DNA from: Escherichia phage T4_ev151
Direction: 5' to 3' (one strand)
DNA: 64,000 bases
Sequence record: LR597660
Under the pieces are notes generated by a model, which was not told where the DNA came from, did no database searches, and saw only the letters and a list, made by a program, of their open reading frames with translations. Within the stretch, counting starts at the first letter, position 1. Every line of letters starts with the position of its first letter. Positions 30,597 to 39,634 of the stretch are shown here, in pieces. The translations under genes were made by a program, and so were the position numbers.

Positions 30597-32279
30597 TTAA
30601 ACCATTACAGTAAATCGACCAACTTTCTTCATTTGAAGATGCTGACCGTATGCTTGTGGGTCATGGTCTCTATGCGAAATAACAAAAACATTAGTATTTT
30701 TTAAACTATCTAAAATAGTTGAAATAGCTTTTACACCTTCAACGTCGGTCGCTGAATCAAAAACTTCATCAAGAATTAGTGTGTTTATTTTAACACCTGA
30801 AACTTTTTCAGCAATATCACGCCAAGTAAATAAAAGAGCAATATCAATTCGCGCTTTTTCACCTTGACTGAATGAAGCATAACTAAAATCTTCACGACCA
30901 CGGGATTTAATTGTCTCATTAAATTCTTCATCTAATGTAAACACATAATCCGCTTCCATTATTTTAAGATAATGGTTAATCTGCTTATTAAATAATGGAA
31001 TGTACTTTTTAATAATAGCACCTTTAATACCAGAATCTTTGAGCATATCAGTCAAAATTCCTCTGTGGTATTTTTCCATTACTAAATTAGTTTTTGTCTT
31101 AACAATTTTATCAAGTTCTTCTTGAAGCAGTGCTATTTCATCAGCATGGTCAATAAACTCGGATGATGCTTTTTCTATAGCTGCTTTAACTTTTTTAGCT
31201 TTATCTACTGTCGTGATTAGAGATTGCTTTTTATTGCGAATATCATTTGCCAACGACTGCTGGGTTTTAATATTATCTCGGTATTCATCAACAAGAACTT
31301 TTAAATTATCACGGTGTGTTGAAAGCTGTTCAAACGAATGCGTGCATTCAGAAACTTTATCTTTAATTTTAGAAACAACTTTATCACCGGAACTCAATTG
31401 TGACAAACAGGTTGGACATAATCCACCTTCGTGATACATATTAATGACTTTATTATACGAGTCAATTTTTGATTTAATTAAAACTGCTTCTTGACCGATT
31501 TTATTAAATGCATCAGTCGGGTCTTCATCTAAAACAATATTAACTAATCTTTCATTAGCTTCTTCTATTTCAGATTTTAGCGTTCTAGCTTCTTTTGCCA
31601 AATCATCATACATATTTTGCAGACGAGTAAGGTTGTCACCCGTTAATTTTTTCTGGCGTTCAACGTTATCATTATATATTTTAATTTGTTGGATAATACT
31701 ATCTTTTTTAACATCAAGCACTTGGTTCTGCGAATTTAATTCACGTATTAGTGCTTTATTAAGCTTATCCATTTCAGCTAATGTTCCTACCTCAAGCAGG
31801 TCTTCCACAAGCTTTCTTCGTGCAGGGGTCGACAAACCCATGAAAGGGGTATACCCTGCTGTACCAAGGACAACAATCTGCTTGAAACTGGCATATGACA
31901 TTCCGATAAGCTGTTCAAATTCTGCTTGGAAATCTTTACTGCTGGCAGATTCATTAAGACGTGTACCGTTAACGGTGATTTCGAAAACGTTTGGTTTTTG
32001 TCCTCTTTTGATATAGTATTTTTTCTCATCATATTCCATCCACAGTTCAACTAAAAGTTCTTTCTTATTTGTGCTGTTTATTAATTGACCTTTCTTTACA
32101 TCACGAAATGGCTTGCCAAAAAGCCCAAATGTGATGGCTTCTAGCATAGTAGACTTACCACCGCCATTTCGTCCAGTAATAAGAGTTTTTTGAACCTTAT
32201 CTAATTGAATGTCAATCCCATTTTGACCAACTGACATTATATTTTTATATTTTACTCTATTAAGTTTAAAATTCTTCAC
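30597..32279 (-). CDS. 46: recombination endonuclease subunit (Rad50/SbcC-like)
   Basis: 560 aa; Walker A GRNGGGKST; coiled coil with CxxC hook; Walker B LILDEVFD. Confidence 0.9.
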   Translation of the reverse strand: MKNFKLNRVKYKNIMSVGQNGIDIQLDKVQKTLITGRNGGGKSTMLEAITFGLFGKPFRDVKKGQLINSTNKKELLVELWMEYDEKKYYIKRGQKPNVFEITVNGTRLNESASSKDFQAEFEQLIGMSYASFKQIVVLGTAGYTPFMGLSTPARRKLVEDLLEVGTLAEMDKLNKALIRELNSQNQVLDVKKDSIIQQIKIYNDNVERQKKLTGDNLTRLQNMYDDLAKEARTLKSEIEEANERLVNIVLDEDPTDAFNKIGQEAVLIKSKIDSYNKVINMYHEGGLCPTCLSQLSSGDKVVSKIKDKVSECTHSFEQLSTHRDNLKVLVDEYRDNIKTQQSLANDIRNKKQSLITTVDKAKKVKAAIEKASSEFIDHADEIALLQEELDKIVKTKTNLVMEKYHRGILTDMLKDSGIKGAIIKKYIPLFNKQINHYLKIMEADYVFTLDEEFNETIKSRGREDFSYASFSQGEKARIDIALLFTWRDIAEKVSGVKINTLILDEVFDSATDVEGVKAISTILDSLKNTNVFVISHRDHDPQAYGQHLQMKKVGRFTVMV

Positions 32280-32488
32280 AAAAGATTCCTTTTAATGTAT
32301 CTTTTAGACCATTCTATCATATCATCATAATCTAAAAAGTATTCATCAAATTCAGCCATGCAAACAACGCCTTGTGCTGTTTTTGATGTAATATAAATTA
32401 TTCCAACATATCTAGAATCTTCTTCGGTATAATCAATGTTTGCTATGAATTCATCATTAATGTCAAATGTCGAAAACTTCACAGTATG
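32276..32488 (-). CDS. small hypothetical protein
   Basis: ORF trimmed to internal Met with AAGGA RBS. Confidence 0.3.
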   Translation of the reverse strand, partial: HTVKFSTFDINDEFIANIDYTEEDSRYVGIIYITSKTAQGVVCMAEFDEYFLDYDDMIEWSKRYIKRNLL

Positions 32489-32726
32489 CATCCTTAATAC
32501 AAGATACGGCCATATCTCGTAATGATTTAGGTGTGTCATTATCTAAAATGTTGAAGTTAAAGGATACAGCCCAGTCAGTGCAGACCGTAACCTTTTTAAT
32601 ACAATTATCTTCAACCTCTAGCGGTTCAAACCAATATTCAATAATTTCTTTATGCCCAATATCATCTTTTACTTCGCATTCAAAATGCTGACTCATCATA
32701 ACATTTTTAAATTCATCAAAAGTCAT
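32463..32726 (-). CDS. small hypothetical protein
   Basis: 87-aa ORF, ATGA overlap with gene 47. Confidence 0.35.
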   Translation of the reverse strand: MTFDEFKNVMMSQHFECEVKDDIGHKEIIEYWFEPLEVEDNCIKKVTVCTDWAVSFNFNILDNDTPKSLRDMAVSCIKDAYCEVFDI

Positions 32727-33742
32727 TGTGTTGCCTCTACATATAGCTGATTTGCATATTGAATAAGTGCTTCACGGTCAGAATCGGTGATGTCTGGAAT
32801 TGCATTAATGTATTCTTCCATCAACGTCTGAAGAGATTGAACTTCAACCTCTTCGCTGTCATCTGACTCGACAGAGTTATCAATCTTTGACACAACTCGT
32901 AATGAATGCACAACTTTCTCTAGTTCAGATTCGAACTTCGTCAGATTTTTGTCTACTTCAGTTACTATAACACGTACTGATAGATTTGTAAAATCTTTAT
33001 AGTCAATTTTTCCTTTAAATGGATAATGAATTCTACGATGCCAGGTAGTATTATTTGGAATAAATTCCATTCGTTCTGTTTCTGTATCAAACATCCAGAA
33101 CCCACGAGGGTCATTCTCGTCACCTGCTGTTAGTGTCCATGGTGTCCCAATATATCTGACGTTAGCAGCCTCAGAAATAGTATGGAAGTGACCAGACCAC
33201 ACTTCTTTATAAGTCTTAAGGAAATCAGGTTCAAGACCATGAGATTTCATTCCTTTATAAAAATAAAATCCATTCAGTTCCCAGTGACCAACACAAAAAG
33301 AAGCAGATGAAGTTTTGATATGCTCAAGAATTTCACCAGTATTTTCTTCACACATCCAAGGAATTAAATCAATTAAACATCCTTCAAAATCTACTGTAGT
33401 AGGCTTATCATATACTTTAACATTAGGATATTTAGCCAAAAGCTCAGTAGAGGCATTTGGATGCATTACATTTTTATAGTGGAGATCGTGATTTCCTACA
33501 ATAGTATGTAATGTGATTCCAGCACCATCAAGCATTTGAACTATTTCACGGGCAAACTCCATAGTTTTATGCGTGATTGCTTTTCGCACATCAAAAATAT
33601 CACCATATTGAATCCATACAGTAATTCCATTTTTCTTAGAATATTCTATCGCTTGTTTAATTCCATCAATTTGAATACCGCGAATCCACTCATCATCAGC
33701 TTTAACGCCTAAATGCCAATCACCTAAATTTAAAATTTTCAT
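32723..33742 (-). CDS. 47: recombination nuclease subunit (Mre11/SbcD-like)
   Basis: 339 aa; calcineurin-like phosphoesterase motifs. Confidence 0.9.
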   Translation of the reverse strand: MKILNLGDWHLGVKADDEWIRGIQIDGIKQAIEYSKKNGITVWIQYGDIFDVRKAITHKTMEFAREIVQMLDGAGITLHTIVGNHDLHYKNVMHPNASTELLAKYPNVKVYDKPTTVDFEGCLIDLIPWMCEENTGEILEHIKTSSASFCVGHWELNGFYFYKGMKSHGLEPDFLKTYKEVWSGHFHTISEAANVRYIGTPWTLTAGDENDPRGFWMFDTETERMEFIPNNTTWHRRIHYPFKGKIDYKDFTNLSVRVIVTEVDKNLTKFESELEKVVHSLRVVSKIDNSVESDDSEEVEVQSLQTLMEEYINAIPDITDSDREALIQYANQLYVEATQ

Positions 33743-33744
33743 AT

Positions 33745-33885
33745 ATCAAGAACCGTCATTGAAATGCAAAATAAAATTATTGAAATAAACCCATCTGGTG
33801 TGCTAAAGAAACCAATCCAGCATGCTCTAGTGAATAGATAAAATGCAAGAAAAAGTATCACATATCCAAGAAATATCATTATATC
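33745..33885 (-). CDS. small hydrophobic membrane peptide (not in ORF track)
   Basis: my translation MIFLGYVILFLAFYLFTRACWIGFFSTPDGFISIILFCISMTVLDI. Confidence 0.3.
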
Positions 33886-33903
33886 AAACTCCGTATAAAG
33901 CTA

Positions 33904-33920
33904 AAGGGCCGAAGCCCTTT
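33904..33920 (-). terminator. GC hairpin (UUCG loop) at agt stop codon
   Basis: aaagggccgaagcccttt. Confidence 0.45.
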
Positions 33921-35121
33921 ATTTTGTAATAATGTCAAACTGTTCTTTAAAGCAGAAGCTTGAATCTTGATGCTGATACAAAAATTCATATGCTTTTTCT
34001 CGCTCACGGTCATAAAGAGCTCGGTCAGATGACAGTTCTTTAATACGTTCAAATGTTGATTCCATATCATTTTCATCAAACCAAATGATACCGCTATCAT
34101 GCGAGGTCAAAGGAGTATTATCAACACGGAATTTTAAATTTTCGCCAGTAGATTTCCAAAATACCGGAATTGTTCCACATGCACCAAGCTCGAGATGAGT
34201 ATATTCTAAAGAGCGCTGTAGATATTTTTTATCCAACTTACTCAGCTGATAACCAAATCCGGATTTACTCATGCGTTCAAGCATTTCGCTATTTACATAA
34301 CGGTCAAGAATTTGCGTTGGCAAATTAGGAGCAATTTTAATTTGGTCTACTTGATGAAGACGATAATACTCATATGGAATTCCTTTTTCTTTAATAGGAA
34401 TGAACGCTGGAGAACGTTCCAGACCTTCCATAATAGTACTTAGTCCTGCAGGTTTAAGATGTTTTTCGTGAAAATCAAACATCTGATAAAAACCTTTCCA
34501 TGTAGTCGTACGACCAATCCAACGGTTGATATTCATGTTAATTTCAGAAACATCTTTCCAGTAGGTTGATCGAACCTTCGCAATATCCATAGGAGGCTGA
34601 AAGTTATATACGGTCGGTGCTTCTTCAATATCATCAAACAGAGAAACAGTTTCCGGATACCATTCTTTCATCAGAACTTTATTAAAATCACCATTATCAG
34701 AATGGCTAAAAATAACATCAGCTCGACGAACAGTTTCTTCTAATCCCAAATTTCGACGCAAAGAAAGAGAAGAATGGTCATGTTGATAAACTACAACACG
34801 AACCGAAGGTTTAATGTTATCAATAATTTTTTTATAGTTATTAATAGTGTCTTCTTCAACCGAAGTAGCAGGAACTGAATTGATAATTAGAATATCACAA
34901 TCATTTACCAGCTTAAGTGTTTTATCATATTCTTTTGCCAATAAAACCGGAATTGAAAATGATTTATAATCATGCGCGCAATTACGAGTAAATGATTTAT
35001 CTTTAGCATAAACCAAAGTTACTTCATGACCATTCTTAATAAACCAATCACGTTGCTCAAGAGAAAATTTAGTTACACCACAACCTTCAAGACCTCGAGC
35101 CATAAAAATACATACTTTCAT
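33919..35121 (-). CDS. agt: DNA alpha-glucosyltransferase
   Basis: 400 aa; N-term MKVCIFMARGLEGCGVTKFSLEQRDWFIKNGHEV. Confidence 0.85.
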   Translation of the reverse strand: MKVCIFMARGLEGCGVTKFSLEQRDWFIKNGHEVTLVYAKDKSFTRNCAHDYKSFSIPVLLAKEYDKTLKLVNDCDILIINSVPATSVEEDTINNYKKIIDNIKPSVRVVVYQHDHSSLSLRRNLGLEETVRRADVIFSHSDNGDFNKVLMKEWYPETVSLFDDIEEAPTVYNFQPPMDIAKVRSTYWKDVSEINMNINRWIGRTTTWKGFYQMFDFHEKHLKPAGLSTIMEGLERSPAFIPIKEKGIPYEYYRLHQVDQIKIAPNLPTQILDRYVNSEMLERMSKSGFGYQLSKLDKKYLQRSLEYTHLELGACGTIPVFWKSTGENLKFRVDNTPLTSHDSGIIWFDENDMESTFERIKELSSDRALYDREREKAYEFLYQHQDSSFCFKEQFDIITK

Positions 35122-35171
35122 TTAATATCCTCTTTGTTTTGGTTTATTTTACCAAAAATTTATAAAGCAAT

Positions 35172-35190
35172 ATAGGAGCCGAAGCTCCTA
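35172..35190 (-). terminator. GC hairpin (UUCG loop) upstream of agt
   Basis: taggagccgaagctccta. Confidence 0.45.
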
Positions 35191-35364
35191 TCCACATAAT
35201 ACGCCATACAGAGGCTCGTTAGAACTTTTAAATTTTATGCGCTTATATTTTATAGTTCCTTCTGCTTTAGCTTTATCATGAGACGCTTTAAAGAGTCTCA
35301 TCATTTCCTCTTTAGAGGAACGAATTTTATTATAATCTATTTCAGAAGTCTGGGTGTTCATCTT

Positions 35365-35571
35365 TCACAGTTGCCACCATTTTTTGACTTGATAAGAATC
35401 AACCCACACTTTCATATTAGGGTCTGCTCTTACAATAGGAGGATTAACTTCTTTAATTGAACTATCATGGTATTCTTTTTCAGAAATTTTCACACAAAGA
35501 TGACCATTCAAAGATTCAGTAAATCCTGCATTAATTTTAAGACGCTTGAATTTTACGTGTGTAAGCATCAA
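35365..35571 (-). CDS. small hypothetical protein
   Basis: 68-aa ORF. Confidence 0.35.
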   Translation of the reverse strand: MMLTHVKFKRLKINAGFTESLNGHLCVKISEKEYHDSSIKEVNPPIVRADPNMKVWVDSYQVKKWWQL

Positions 35572-35854
35572 TCATATCCTCAATTTGCGATCTAGTAGTC
35601 TTCCAAAGAATACTGATGAGTTCATCGTTATATGGCTGTTTTAGAATATCCCGACTTTTCTTGATAGCATATTCGTATTGAGCAAAATTATTGTTTTCAG
35701 CTGCAATCTGAGCGTGCTTATAAAGACGATTCAGTTCGCGTTTGTTTTTAGACAATAACTTATTTGCTTTTCTTTCTGCTTCAAGACGGTTCTTTTCTTC
35801 AATAGAAGAAATAAGCTTTTCCACTTCATCATTAATTTCGGGTTTATCAGTCAT
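35537..35854 (-). CDS. hypothetical coiled-coil protein
   Basis: 105-aa ORF. Confidence 0.4.
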   Translation of the reverse strand: MTDKPEINDEVEKLISSIEEKNRLEAERKANKLLSKNKRELNRLYKHAQIAAENNNFAQYEYAIKKSRDILKQPYNDELISILWKTTRSQIEDMIDAYTRKIQAS

Positions 35855-35855
35855 A

Positions 35856-36074
35856 TTATTTCTCTAATATAAAATAAAAATCATCATCTGTTAAATGATA
35901 CCGATAGTTTAATTCTACACCATTAGATTTAAAAGCGGTATCATACGGATTTTCTGGATCAATATCAATGTCAAGAGCTAAAACTTCCCTGAGATACATT
36001 TTAAGTAAATAGGGAATAGCTTCAACTTCAGGTATTTCTTCCAAGAATCCGGAGAGGTTAATCGTTAGCCTCAT
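35856..36074 (-). CDS. small hypothetical protein
   Basis: 72-aa ORF. Confidence 0.4.
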
Positions 36075-36615
36075 ATAAAAAATCCAAACTAGGAGAATCG
36101 TCTACAACACTTTTCTTTTCAGCCCCCGGTGTTCTATAGGTTGATTCTTCGTAATGCGTCATTTTATCGTAGATGTCTTGAATAAAAGTTTCATCTACTA
36201 ACGCAACCATATCGTCGTCACGGCTGTCATAGACATTGTGAACGAAGTAACTATATTTCTTTGCAACTTCCTTACGTTCTTTTTTAATACGTTGGACGAA
36301 TGCATTAAAACAAGCTTGAGTTATATATGCATGTGGGTTTTTATATTTCGTTTCATCAAAATTATGAAGCCCCTTAATAGAAGCTTCTATACCATCTGCA
36401 ATCATTTCTTGTTTCCAAGACTGGGTGTATCCTGAAAAGTTGAAACGTTTAGATAAGCCTTCTGCAATAAGCATAATGGCTAATCCGATAGTATCATTCT
36501 GACGAACTACTTTATTTGGGTCTTTATTATTTGCTAATTCTGTTTTCCAATCAATAATAGCTTGTAAAAGCTCTTTATTGTTTACGTAATTATATTTAGG
36601 CTTAGTTTCTGACAT
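36058..36615 (-). CDS. 55: late sigma factor
   Basis: [24 protein letters not shown]; 185 aa from second Met. Confidence 0.85.
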
Positions 36616-36693
36616 TTTCACCTCTTAGCTCAATTCATAGATCTATTATATCATAATATTTGAAGATCTATCTTAAAGCATAGAGGATATCAG

Positions 36694-36963
36694 TTATCTA
36701 AGTAAACAGTATGCTTGGAATACTTTTTCCATCATCTTTTTAAATTCATGAATATCTATATAATGACTAGTTAAATCAGCATGATATAAAAAGTCTAAAA
36801 ACTTTTCATGTGTATTAACATATTCACTTTCATTTAATTCAGAAACATGGCTTTCCCAATATCCAACACCAGTCTTATTTGGGAAAAATGAAATTTTCAT
36901 GTATTGGTCAACATAGAAAATGCCATAATTTTCAATAGTAATAGAAATATTAATAAATTTCAT
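36694..36963 (-). CDS. hypothetical protein
   Basis: 89-aa ORF. Confidence 0.4.
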   Translation of the reverse strand: MKFINISITIENYGIFYVDQYMKISFFPNKTGVGYWESHVSELNESEYVNTHEKFLDFLYHADLTSHYIDIHEFKKMMEKVFQAYCLLR

Positions 36964-37175
36964 ACATTCATCAACTTAGCCGCTTCAAGAGCTGCATCTA
37001 GTGAATCAAATTGGTCAACATATTCAATCAATTCGCCATAATTGGCATATAACCACCATTGGCTAAATTCATACTCAAGGATGAATCCGTTTCCTTCAAT
37101 TTGAGTTAAACCAATGCCATTTGTATTTACTTCATATCCAGCAAGACGTAAATCGTTAATAAGAGCTTCGTTCAT
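36960..37175 (-). CDS. small hypothetical protein
   Basis: 71-aa ORF. Confidence 0.4.
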   Translation of the reverse strand: MNEALINDLRLAGYEVNTNGIGLTQIEGNGFILEYEFSQWWLYANYGELIEYVDQFDSLDAALEAAKLMNV

Positions 37176-37177
37176 AA

Positions 37178-37504
37178 TTATACCTTAGTAATTTTCAGGT
37201 CTGCAAATTTTTTCTTACGTTGATTTTTCATGCGACGAATAGTTTTATCGGAAATTTCATGCTTTTGATAAGCTTTAGATTCTACACCAAAAGCTTTAAC
37301 ATCAAATTCTGACAAGATATATTGAACCAGCAATTCACGGATAGTATTGCGTCCAATCTTCTGATCATTCTGTTTCATCGTCTGATGAAGCTCTTTTTCC
37401 CATTTATCCAAAATTTGAGGAGTTACAATATCGCCTTTTTCTAGCAAAGAAACTACTTTATCATATGCGTAAGAATTAATGACGTTTTTAATTTGAATAG
37501 TCAT
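37178..37504 (-). CDS. hypothetical protein
   Basis: 108-aa ORF. Confidence 0.4.
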   Translation of the reverse strand: MTIQIKNVINSYAYDKVVSLLEKGDIVTPQILDKWEKELHQTMKQNDQKIGRNTIRELLVQYILSEFDVKAFGVESKAYQKHEISDKTIRRMKNQRKKKFADLKITKV

Positions 37505-37542
37505 ACATTATCCTCAATTACGTTAAAATTTTATTATCCAAA

Positions 37543-37558
37543 AAGGGCCGAAGCCCTT
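37543..37558 (-). terminator. rho-independent terminator
   Basis: aagggccgaagccctt hairpin followed by T5 on minus strand. Confidence 0.55.
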
Positions 37559-37757
37559 AGCTAAACTTTTTGGCACCCTTCCAGCCTTCATACATCATTG
37601 CGACTGATATTAATATTGCTCCTGAGCAACTTGAATATTTGTGGTTCCAAAACCAGTTTAGAAAAACTTCGTCATCAATACCTTGGGCTATCATATTTTC
37701 AAAGAACTGACGACGAGCTTCGGCAATTCGCTGCGATAATTTAGATTCAGGATTCAT
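37557..37757 (-). CDS. small hypothetical protein
   Basis: 66-aa ORF. Confidence 0.4.
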   Translation of the reverse strand: MNPESKLSQRIAEARRQFFENMIAQGIDDEVFLNWFWNHKYSSCSGAILISVAMMYEGWKGAKKFS

Positions 37758-37973
37758 TTAAATTTCCCAATTACCATTTTCATCAATAAATTTAATCCAG
37801 TCATTTACTGACCACTTAGTTGTATCGCCTTTTGGAGTAGCATTTAAAGTATATAGCCCTTGCTTAAAAAGCATTCGTTTGATATTCATATTTTCCTCAG
37901 CTGTAACGATAACACTCGTTTGATTTGCGTTTAGCAACTCGTTGAGAAATATTATAATCAAAATCATCGTCAA
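37758..37973 (-). CDS. small hypothetical protein
   Basis: 71-aa ORF. Confidence 0.35.
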   Translation of the reverse strand: MTMILIIIFLNELLNANQTSVIVTAEENMNIKRMLFKQGLYTLNATPKGDTTKWSVNDWIKFIDENGNWEI

Positions 37974-38229
37974 TGTAAACTGATTTTTTCAACTTTCTTA
38001 CTTCACCACGTAATTGGTGGTTCAATTCATTCTTAACCTCTGAATCAACACCTCGCATACGTCGCCATTTATCTGAGCGAAAAATGTTTTCAACCATATC
38101 TTTATGACTTACACCGTCTGGAGCTTTACGCTTTCCGAAATAGTCATAATCACGCACTTTTAAGTCTTTACGACGATACGTTTTACCCATGGAGTTTAAT
38201 TTCCTTAGCAACTGAACTAAATGTAGCAC
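37897..38229 (-). CDS. hypothetical basic protein
   Basis: 110-aa ORF; real start possibly internal. Confidence 0.35.
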   Translation of the reverse strand: MLHLVQLLRKLNSMGKTYRRKDLKVRDYDYFGKRKAPDGVSHKDMVENIFRSDKWRRMRGVDSEVKNELNHQLRGEVRKLKKSVYIDDDFDYNISQRVAKRKSNECYRYS

Positions 38230-38396
38230 GATCGCAAATCATGCGTTTATGTAACTTGAGTAATAATATAGCAAACTTCAAAACTATTTACATGAGTAAC
38301 ACGAACAGCATTACCATTAATAAAATAATATTGTCCCTTTTTAATTTCTTTATCAACCACAACCATATTAATTCCTCAAAGGCAATTCATATGTTA

Positions 38397-38426
38397 ATAA
38401 TACCACAGTTTGAACTTGTTGTAAAC
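38397..38426 (-). promoter_or_regulatory. early promoter (-35 GTTTACA / -10 TGTGGTATTAT)
   Basis: gtaaac 38421-38426. Confidence 0.55.
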
Positions 38427-38507
38427 AACTTTGTGAAAAATATTTTAGGGAATGATAAGAAAGGAACGATAGCTTAGAATGGTAATATACAGAATGTGAG
38501 AAAGAAA

Positions 38508-38522
38508 GGCCCAGAGGGCCCG
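38508..38522 (-). terminator. terminator hairpin after nrdH
   Basis: ggcccagagggcc followed by T-rich tract on minus strand. Confidence 0.5.
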
Positions 38523-38524
38523 TC

Positions 38525-38833
38525 TTAATCTTCTATGATATCTCTATCATATCCAAGTGAAATGAGAGTTTCTTTGAAGTGTTTAATGTTCTTTTGTCTA
38601 GAATCATTAATGAAAATGACTGGATAACGAATGTTAAGAGATGTGAATCCAGCGCGTTTAGCAAGAGATACAATCAGCGGACGATCATACTCAATCTTAC
38701 CATTATTTGTAAGAACTTTATAGAAAGTAAAAGGAGCATTAAGCTCCTTTAGAAGTTTTGTAACTGATTGACATCCAGGACAACGACCTACTTCATCTGG
38801 AATTCCATAGACTTCAATCTTATTTTGTTTCAC
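38525..38833 (-). CDS. nrdH: glutaredoxin-like protein NrdH
   Basis: 102 aa; CPGC redox motif. Confidence 0.65.
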   Translation of the reverse strand: MKQNKIEVYGIPDEVGRCPGCQSVTKLLKELNAPFTFYKVLTNNGKIEYDRPLIVSLAKRAGFTSLNIRYPVIFINDSRQKNIKHFKETLISLGYDRDIIED

Positions 38834-38835
38834 AA

Positions 38836-39048
38836 CTATTCCTTACTAAGAGCAGCATTCAGCTTGTTAGTAATTTTATCCAGACGCTCATTGAACTCAC
38901 TGGAAGATAAGCCCTTTTCTGGAGAAATTAAACTAATCACGAAAAATATAGCAATAAAAGGAATAAGGAAAATAGCTCCAACTGCCATAAACAGAAAGAA
39001 TGTTACAGTTGTAAGAAAATCAGCCAAACCTTTACGAAATTTATACAT
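38836..39048 (-). CDS. small membrane protein
   Basis: 70 aa, hydrophobic core. Confidence 0.4.
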   Translation of the reverse strand: MYKFRKGLADFLTTVTFFLFMAVGAIFLIPFIAIFFVISLISPEKGLSSSEFNERLDKITNKLNAALSKE

Positions 39049-39163
39049 ATTTTACCCTTAATTGATTAACCAAGCATTGATAAGCACTAAACTATACTGC
39101 GAATAAAATTCTGGACCAAAATGAAAAATCATATCATTTATAGTATCCATAATGTAATTCAAT

Positions 39164-39634
39164 TTAATCATGTTTCCACACCCCATCGGTATTTGACCAA
39201 AGTCGCTGATTATCTGATCCTCGCCACAGCTTTTTAGTCGGAAGATTTTTCTCATACTTCCCATCAATAATAACATCAACATATTTAAGCATTTCTAGTT
39301 GTTTAATATCTTCAAACTTATATCCTGTCCACAACCAAATGCTTTTATTGGGATAAAGATTTTTTACTGTTTGAACAATGCAATGAATAACATCTCGATT
39401 GTCAGGATAGAGAGGGTCTCCTCCAGTTATAGTCAATCCTTCTATATAATCATTATTCAAACATTCAATTAATTGCTCTAGTGTTTCGCCAGTGAATGGA
39501 ATACCATTTCTAGCATTCCATGTTGATTTATTATAACACCCTTCACATTTATGCAAACAACCTGTAACGAAAAGAACGACCCTGCAACCAGGGCCATTCA
39601 CAAAATCGCAAGGATAAAATCTATCATAATTCAT
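39164..39634 (-). CDS. nrdG: anaerobic ribonucleotide reductase activating protein (radical SAM)
   Basis: 156 aa; Cys cluster CLHKCEGC. Confidence 0.85.
   Translation of the reverse strand: MNYDRFYPCDFVNGPGCRVVLFVTGCLHKCEGCYNKSTWNARNGIPFTGETLEQLIECLNNDYIEGLTITGGDPLYPDNRDVIHCIVQTVKNLYPNKSIWLWTGYKFEDIKQLEMLKYVDVIIDGKYEKNLPTKKLWRGSDNQRLWSNTDGVWKHD

Noticed and set aside
35270-35320. Paired small inverted repeats (atgagacgctttaaagagtctcat, cctctttagagg) in the agt 5' region
   Set aside because: Short imperfect stems with no adjacent promoter hexamers; could be mRNA structure but cannot be supported further.
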